DNA of 64,000 nt from an uncultured Alphaproteobacteria bacterium. GTDB lineage: Bacteria; Pseudomonadota; Alphaproteobacteria; Rhizobiales; Xanthobacteraceae. The position numbers and the translations under genes were made by a program. Shown piece after piece: positions 58,397-64,000 of this stretch (the first letter of the stretch is position 1; every line of letters begins with the position of its first letter). The notes beneath the pieces were generated by a model. It saw only the letters and a list, made by a program, of their open reading frames with translations, did no database searches and was not told the DNA's origin. The stretch spans positions 1,054,989 to 1,118,988 of the forward strand of contig CAWAWU010000004.1 in NCBI GenBank assembly GCA_963785945.1. The letters are read 5' to 3'.

Positions 58397-59592
58397 GCGG
58401 CTTCGGATCGGGATCGGCCAGGGCCGGAGCTCAGCGAAATCGACTCCCAACTCGCAACGATCAGCATGATCGCGGTCGTCAGACACGACAGCACCACCGG
58501 CGATAGCTCGCCGGCGAACCAATAGAGCACGCCCAGCGCAATGATACCGGCGCCATGCGAAAGCTGCAGGAAGCCGCGAAAGGTATGCTTGAACAGGATA
58601 GTCCCGACCAGAAACAGCAGCGGACCGCCGATCGCGCTGAGAACCGTCTTGTAGTCGGAATGCCCACCGGGATGGGTCAGCACGAGATCGTCGGCCACCG
58701 CCGAGACGATGATGCCGGCCACGATCGGCATGTGCAGATAGGTGTAGGCGAGCCGCGCCAGCCGGCCGGGTTCGCTGGATTTTGAAATCTGCTCGGAGCC
58801 GGCTTCGGCGCCCTTGTGGAAATAGATCCACCACATCGCGATGCTGCCAAGCAACGCGGCCACAAAGGCGATGACGTTCTCGGTGGTCCAGGTCAGGTCG
58901 CCAAAGGTCGCACCGGTCACCACGATGGACTCGCCGAGCGCGATGATGATGAATCCGGCGCAGCGCTCGGCCATATGGCCGCCTTCCACCACCCAATCCG
59001 CGACCGACGTCGCGCCGTATTTCGGAATCCAGAACCGCACCGCCGGCGACAGATATTCGATGCCCAGCGCCACCACCCACAGCGCCAGCCGCGATTGCCC
59101 ATCCGCCAGGCCTCCCGCGATCCAGAAGATGGCAGCCACCGCGAGCCACACCAGGATGCGGACCGCATTCAGGCGCGCCAGGGGTTGGCCTGATGTCGTC
59201 GATGCCAACAGGAAGATCGTCCGCCCGACCTGCATCACGCTATAGGCCAGCGCGAACCAAAGTCCTCGCGATTCAAACGCCTTGGGGATCGAGGTCGAGA
59301 GCACGAGCCCGCCCAGCATCAGGGCAAACAGCAGCAGTCGAACCGGGGTCTTCTCCGGGTCAAGCCAGTTGGTGATCCAGGCGGTATAGACCCAGAGCCA
59401 CCAGACGCTGAGGAACAGGAGTGTCGTCTGCAGCGTGCCGAGTGCGGTAAATCGTCCCAGCAGGGTATGCGATATCTGCGTGACGGCGTAGGCGAACACC
59501 AGATCGAAGAACAATTCGGCATAGGTGACGCGGCTATGCTGGTTGGCTATCCGGGGGCGAAACAGCGCGCCGCGTTGGTCGTCCCCTGCCAT
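58372..59592 (-). CDS. Low temperature requirement protein A family membrane protein
   Basis: ELFFDLVF, H.AERC.GFIIIALGES, YTYLH. Confidence 0.9.
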   Translation of the reverse strand: MAGDDQRGALFRPRIANQHSRVTYAELFFDLVFAYAVTQISHTLLGRFTALGTLQTTLLFLSVWWLWVYTAWITNWLDPEKTPVRLLLFALMLGGLVLSTSIPKAFESRGLWFALAYSVMQVGRTIFLLASTTSGQPLARLNAVRILVWLAVAAIFWIAGGLADGQSRLALWVVALGIEYLSPAVRFWIPKYGATSVADWVVEGGHMAERCAGFIIIALGESIVVTGATFGDLTWTTENVIAFVAALLGSIAMWWIYFHKGAEAGSEQISKSSEPGRLARLAYTYLHMPIVAGIIVSAVADDLVLTHPGGHSDYKTVLSAIGGPLLFLVGTILFKHTFRGFLQLSHGAGIIALGVLYWFAGELSPVVLSCLTTAIMLIVASWESISLSSGPGRSRSEAAQSDATSA

Positions 59593-59611
59593 GCCCCGTC
59601 CCGCTTCGGGC

Positions 59612-59866
59612 CTAGCCCTCCGGTACCCCAGGTCCGCCAGGTACCCCGGTCTGCAGCGCCAGCGCGTGCAGCACGCCGCCCATCTGCCCCTTCAGCGACT
59701 GATAGACGATCTGGTGCTGCTGGACCCGGGATTTGCCCTTGAAAGAGGCCGAAATCACCGTCGCGGCGTAGTGGTCGCCGTCGCCGGCCAGGTCGCGGAT
59801 CGTCACCTCGGCGTCGGGAATCGCTGCCTTGATCATCGATTCGATCTCGCGGGCGTCCATCGGCAT
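59612..59866 (-). CDS. BolA/IbaG family protein
   Basis: GDGDHY, FKGKSRVQQHQ.VY, LHALAL. Confidence 0.93.
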   Translation of the reverse strand: MPMDAREIESMIKAAIPDAEVTIRDLAGDGDHYAATVISASFKGKSRVQQHQIVYQSLKGQMGGVLHALALQTGVPGGPGVPEG

Positions 59867-60045
59867 CCTAATATTCTCCCGTCAGGTTTCCGGTCCTCAC
59901 GGCTTTCGCAACCGTGACGGCCAAACTTAACCCGGACACTCTTCTAGGTCACGCGTTGTCACACTATATCCCTGATCCAATCGTTTTAAATCTGCTGGAT
60001 CAGGCCCTGCCGATCACAACGGGCTGACCGAAAAGGCGCATCCTC

Positions 60046-60405
60046 ATGAAACTCCCCGGTCCCGACCACCCGATCACCATTACGGCCAACCCGAAGCGGG
60101 TCCGCGTCTCCGCGGGCGGCGTTGTCATCGCCGACACTACCCATGCCCTGACCCTCAAGGAAGCCAGCTACCCGGCAGTGCAATACGTGCCGCGCACGGA
60201 TGCCAACATGGCCCTGCTCCAGCGCACCGAGCGAACCACCCATTGCCCCTATAAGGGAGATGCGAGCTATTACAGCGTCGTCGCCGACGGCAAGACACTG
60301 GAAAATTCGATCTGGACCTATGAGACGCCGTTCCCTGCGATGGCCGAGATCACCGGTCACCTGGCGTTCTATCCCGACAAGGTGAGGATCGAGGAAGTGG
60401 CGTAG
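60046..60405 (+). CDS. DUF427 domain protein
   Basis: THCPYKG.ASYY, IWTYE.P, HLAFY. Confidence 0.92.
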   Translation: MKLPGPDHPITITANPKRVRVSAGGVVIADTTHALTLKEASYPAVQYVPRTDANMALLQRTERTTHCPYKGDASYYSVVADGKTLENSIWTYETPFPAMAEITGHLAFYPDKVRIEEVA

Positions 60406-60452
60406 AAAATTTAGTCGTCATTCCCCGCTCTGCAAGAAGACTAATCGCGCAC

Positions 60453-60626
60453 TTACACCCTGAAGATCGTCAATCCGAGCACCAGCAGGACCAGGAAGAT
60501 CGCCGCGAAAACATAGAACAGGAAGCGGGCGACGTCGGCCGAGGCGGCGGAGATGCCGGTGAATCCGAAAACACCGGCGACAACAGACACCAGTAAGAAA
60601 ATCAGCGCCCATTTCAGAAGTGTCAT
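60453..60626 (-). CDS. DUF1328 small membrane protein (57 aa, below ORF-track cutoff)
   Basis: [40 protein letters not shown]...; GGAGG RBS. Confidence 0.88.
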   Translation of the reverse strand: MTLLKWALIFLLVSVVAGVFGFTGISAASADVARFLFYVFAAIFLVLLVLGLTIFRV

Positions 60627-60675
60627 TGCCCGTTCCTCCAGCCTTCGCGGCGCAACTCCCGCGCGATGCTGATCT

Positions 60676-60700
60676 AACGGCGGGCGATGGCGCTGGTTCC
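60676..60700 (-). promoter_or_regulatory. Sigma-EcfG promoter
   Basis: GGAAC-N16-CGTT, exact consensus, upstream of DUF1328. Confidence 0.75.
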
Positions 60701-60830
60701 GGGGCGAGCGGCGGCGAGCGGTGCTTCGATCGCGGTCCGGCTTCCCCGGTGCTTATTTGATTCAATAATTTGATCTTGCTGAATCGGGTTCCCGGTTGCA
60801 ACATCCGGCAATAACCCCGCCTGGATGCGC

Positions 60831-62012
60831 ATGACGTCGATTTCCCATGCAGAGGCGCCCGCACAAGTGCGAGCCGCGCCGAAAACAGCTTCGCGCAACG
60901 CCGCGCTCGATCATGCGCGCAGCTTCCTGACGCTGGTCGTCGTGCTTCACCATGCGGTCATTCCCTACACGCATTTCGGGCACACCGACGGCAAGTCGTG
61001 GCTCGGCTTTGATTTTGTCGTGGCCGCCACCGACAGCTTCTTCATGGCGATGTTCTTTTTTCTGTCGGGATTGTTCGTGTGGCCAAGTCTCGCGCACAAG
61101 GCTCCGGCCGTCCATCTGCGCGACCGCCTGCTCCGGCTCGGCCTTCCCTTCGCGATCGCTGCGGTCACGGTGATTCCAATTGCGTATTATGCCATTGCCC
61201 TGCGCCACAGCCCCGACATCAGCTTCGCGGCGTTCTGGTGGAAAACGGTGACGGTTGGTCCGTGGCCGAGCGGACCGCTCTGGTTTGTCTGGGTGTTGCT
61301 GGGCTTCGATCTGTTGGCGAGCCTGTTGTATCGGCTATCGCCCAATTTGCTCGATCCCATCAATCGATTGTCGCAGCAATGCTTCGACGCCCCGGCCGGA
61401 TTCTTCCTGTTCCTGCTGGTGGTCACGGCGGTGGTTTATATTCCGGCGCTGATCTATTTCGGGCCCAATCACTGGTTCGAGTTCGGGCCGTTCTCCGTTC
61501 AGGCCAGCCGTGTGCTGCTTTACGCGGCCTATTTCCTCATCGGCGCCGGCATCGGCGTTGCGCATTTCAATCAGGGCGTGCTGGCCGCCGACGGACGGCT
61601 CGCACGGAGCAGTTGGGGCTGGCTGATCGCGACGCTCGTTCCCTATTGCCTGATGTGGGTGCTGATCTACATCAAGCGCGAAATATTGGGTAATCCCGAT
61701 CCGCAGCCGACGTGGTATTTCGTTTGCTACGGCCTTTGCTTCGTCGCCTTTAGCGCCGCCATCCTGTTCGCCATCCTGGCGTTTTTTCTCGGCTCAAAGC
61801 GACCCTGGCACTTGCTGGACCGCATGCAGGGCGATGCCTACGGCATATTCCTCGTGCACTATCCGATCGTGCTGTGGCTGCAATACTGGCTGTTCGATTA
61901 CGATCTGCCCGCCGTGATCAAGGCCGCCATCGCGTTCGTGCTGACGGTCGCATTCAGTTGGGCGGTGACGGTGGCTTTGCGAAAAATCCCCGGCGCCACG
62001 CGCGTGCTTTAG
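60831..62012 (+). CDS. Acyltransferase-3 family membrane O-acyltransferase (MdoC/OpgC-like)
   Basis: LD..R....LVVLHH, FFMAMFFFLSG, RLLRLGLP, LWF, YGIFLVH. Confidence 0.88.
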   Translation: MTSISHAEAPAQVRAAPKTASRNAALDHARSFLTLVVVLHHAVIPYTHFGHTDGKSWLGFDFVVAATDSFFMAMFFFLSGLFVWPSLAHKAPAVHLRDRLLRLGLPFAIAAVTVIPIAYYAIALRHSPDISFAAFWWKTVTVGPWPSGPLWFVWVLLGFDLLASLLYRLSPNLLDPINRLSQQCFDAPAGFFLFLLVVTAVVYIPALIYFGPNHWFEFGPFSVQASRVLLYAAYFLIGAGIGVAHFNQGVLAADGRLARSSWGWLIATLVPYCLMWVLIYIKREILGNPDPQPTWYFVCYGLCFVAFSAAILFAILAFFLGSKRPWHLLDRMQGDAYGIFLVHYPIVLWLQYWLFDYDLPAVIKAAIAFVLTVAFSWAVTVALRKIPGATRVL

Positions 62013-62193
62013 CGCGCGATGATCCATTTTCGAACCGTCGTCATGCCGGCGGTTGGCATCAAAACTGCATGAGTTTTCCCAGGGAGGCGTGTCCAAGGTC
62101 AACTTACAAGGATACCCAATGGGACTGTCGGCTATTTTGATCGCGACCGCACTCAGCCTCACCATGTTCTTGGCAGTCTCGGATCTGCCGTAA

Positions 62194-64000
62194 TTACCTT
62201 CCGCTGCCCATATAGGCCGGAAACCAGCTTTCGAACCCGGTCTTCAGCGACGCAATCGTAACCGGCGTTTCGCCCGCCACCGTAATGGTGTCGCCGCCGG
62301 TGGTGCCGATCCGCGCGCAAGGCACGCCTGCGCCTTTCATCTTCGCCAGGATCAGGCCGGCCTCCTGCGCCGGCACGGTGACGATGTAGCGCGCCTGGTC
62401 TTCGCCGTACCAATAGGCATGCGGCACGATCGACGCGGGTGCTGCCAGCAATTGCGCGCCGATGCCGCTTGCGATCGCCATCTCCGCCAGCGCAATCAAC
62501 AGCCCGCCATCGGAGAGATCGTGCACCGCGGTCGCGGTCCCGGCGTGAATCATGCCGCGCACCACGTCGCCGTTGCGTTTCTCAGCCGCGAGATCCACCG
62601 GCGGCGGCGCACCCTCTTCGCGGCCGCAGACATCGCGCAGATAAACCGACTGGCCGAGCCACCCTTGGGTGTCACCGATCAACAGGATCGCCTCGCCACC
62701 GGCCTTGAACGCCAGGGTCGCGGACTTGGTAAAATCATCGAGCAGGCCGACGCCGCCGATCGAGGGCGTCGGCAGGATGCCGCGGCCATTGGTTTCGTTG
62801 TAGAGCGAGACGTTGCCGGACACGACCGGGAAGTCGAGCGTGCGACAGGCTTCCGCGATGCCCTTCAGACAGCCGACGAATTGCCCCATGATCTCGGGCC
62901 GTTCGGGGTTACCGAAATTGAGGTTGTCGGTGATCGCGAGCGGCCGGCCACCGACGGCAGTGATGTTGCGCCACGCTTCCGCCACGGCCTGCATGCCGCC
63001 CTGATAGGGGTCGGCCTCGCAATAACGCGGGGTGACATCGACCGTCAGCGCCAGGCCCTTCGGCCCGTCCTGCACGCGCACCACGGCAGCGTCGCCACCG
63101 GGACGTTGCACGGTATTGCCCAAAATGACGTGATCATATTGCTCCCAGACCCAGCGCTTCGAGCAGAGCTCGGGTGTCGCGATCAGCTTTTCCAGCGCCG
63201 GCATGATTCCGATCGGCGGCTTGACGTCCTGCGCGCGAATGGTCGGCAGCAGCGGCGTTTCCACATGCGGCCGATCGTAGAGCGGGGCTTCATCGCCCAA
63301 TTCCTTGATCGGCAGGTCGGCCATCACGTCGCCGCCATGCTTCACCACGAAGCGCTTGCTCGGCGTGGTGTAGCCGACGACAGCGAAATCCAGCCCCCAT
63401 TTCTTGAAGATCGCTTCGGCTTGCTTTTCCTTCTCCGGCTTGAGCACCATGAGCATGCGCTCCTGGCTCTCGGAGAGCATCATCTCATAGGCGCTCATGC
63501 CGGTTTCGCGCGTCGGCACCGCATCGAGATCGAGATCGACGCCGAGATCGCCCTTGGCGCCCATCTCGACCGCCGAGCAGGTCAGCCCCGCCGCGCCCAT
63601 GTCCTGGATCGCGATCACGCAATCGGCTTCCATGATTTCGAGGCAGGCTTCCAGCAACAGCTTTTCCGCGAAGGGATCGCCGACCTGCACAGTCGGACGC
63701 TTCTCGGCGGAATCATCGTCGAATTCGGCCGACGCCATCGAGGCACCGTGAATGCCGTCGCGGCCGGTCTTGGAGCCGAGATAGACGATCGGCATGTTCA
63801 CGCCCGACGCCGCCGCGTAGAAGATCTTGTCGGCATCGGCGAGGCCCACCGCCATCGCGTTGACCAGGATGTTGCCGTCATAGCGGGTGTGGAAACGCAC
63901 CTGGCCACCGACGGTCGGCACGCCGAATGAATTGCCGTAGCCGCCGACACCGGCAACCACGCCCGACACCAGATGGCGGGTCTTCGGATGTTCCGGCGCA
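62194..64000 (-). CDS. purL: Phosphoribosylformylglycinamidine synthase subunit PurL (5' end outside window)
   Basis: [46 protein letters not shown]. Confidence 0.97.
   Translation of the reverse strand, partial: APEHPKTRHLVSGVVAGVGGYGNSFGVPTVGGQVRFHTRYDGNILVNAMAVGLADADKIFYAAASGVNMPIVYLGSKTGRDGIHGASMASAEFDDDSAEKRPTVQVGDPFAEKLLLEACLEIMEADCVIAIQDMGAAGLTCSAVEMGAKGDLGVDLDLDAVPTRETGMSAYEMMLSESQERMLMVLKPEKEKQAEAIFKKWGLDFAVVGYTTPSKRFVVKHGGDVMADLPIKELGDEAPLYDRPHVETPLLPTIRAQDVKPPIGIMPALEKLIATPELCSKRWVWEQYDHVILGNTVQRPGGDAAVVRVQDGPKGLALTVDVTPRYCEADPYQGGMQAVAEAWRNITAVGGRPLAITDNLNFGNPERPEIMGQFVGCLKGIAEACRTLDFPVVSGNVSLYNETNGRGILPTPSIGGVGLLDDFTKSATLAFKAGGEAILLIGDTQGWLGQSVYLRDVCGREEGAPPPVDLAAEKRNGDVVRGMIHAGTATAVHDLSDGGLLIALAEMAIASGIGAQLLAAPASIVPHAYWYGEDQARYIVTVPAQEAGLILAKMKGAGVPCARIGTTGGDTITVAGETPVTIASLKTGFESWFPAYMGSGR

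Noticed and set aside
58372-59592. ltrA as a group II intron maturase
   Set aside because: Name collision only; this is the multi-TM low-temperature-requirement protein with no RT motifs

Overview
High-GC alphaproteobacterial chromosome segment. Gene content, codon style and intergenic repeats point to Bradyrhizobium/Nitrobacteraceae (inference). Most of it is core genome: a coxG-coxS-coxM-coxD-coxE-xdhC-mocA molybdoenzyme cluster with no coxL, pcaBDC, livHMGFK, rpe, purB, murI, rpsD, ltaE, grxD/bolA, egtBD and partial purL. An accessory patch at about 41-45.6 kb holds a 9-heme cytochrome c next to a beta-barrel gene, a truncated chrB with a structured leader, and an IS5 remnant. The most striking non-coding signal is an approximately 560-nt ORF-free element at 45.09-45.65 kb with many long-range helices and a probable pseudoknot. 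Also seen: a CTAG-ended MITE-like family, REP-like palindromes, several sigma-EcfG promoters ahead of small stress genes, a perfect CtrA box, a TetR-type operator, a frameshifted response regulator and a probable CTG start codon. No rRNA, tRNA or CRISPR array was recognised. All calls come from reading motifs by eye; no database searches were run.
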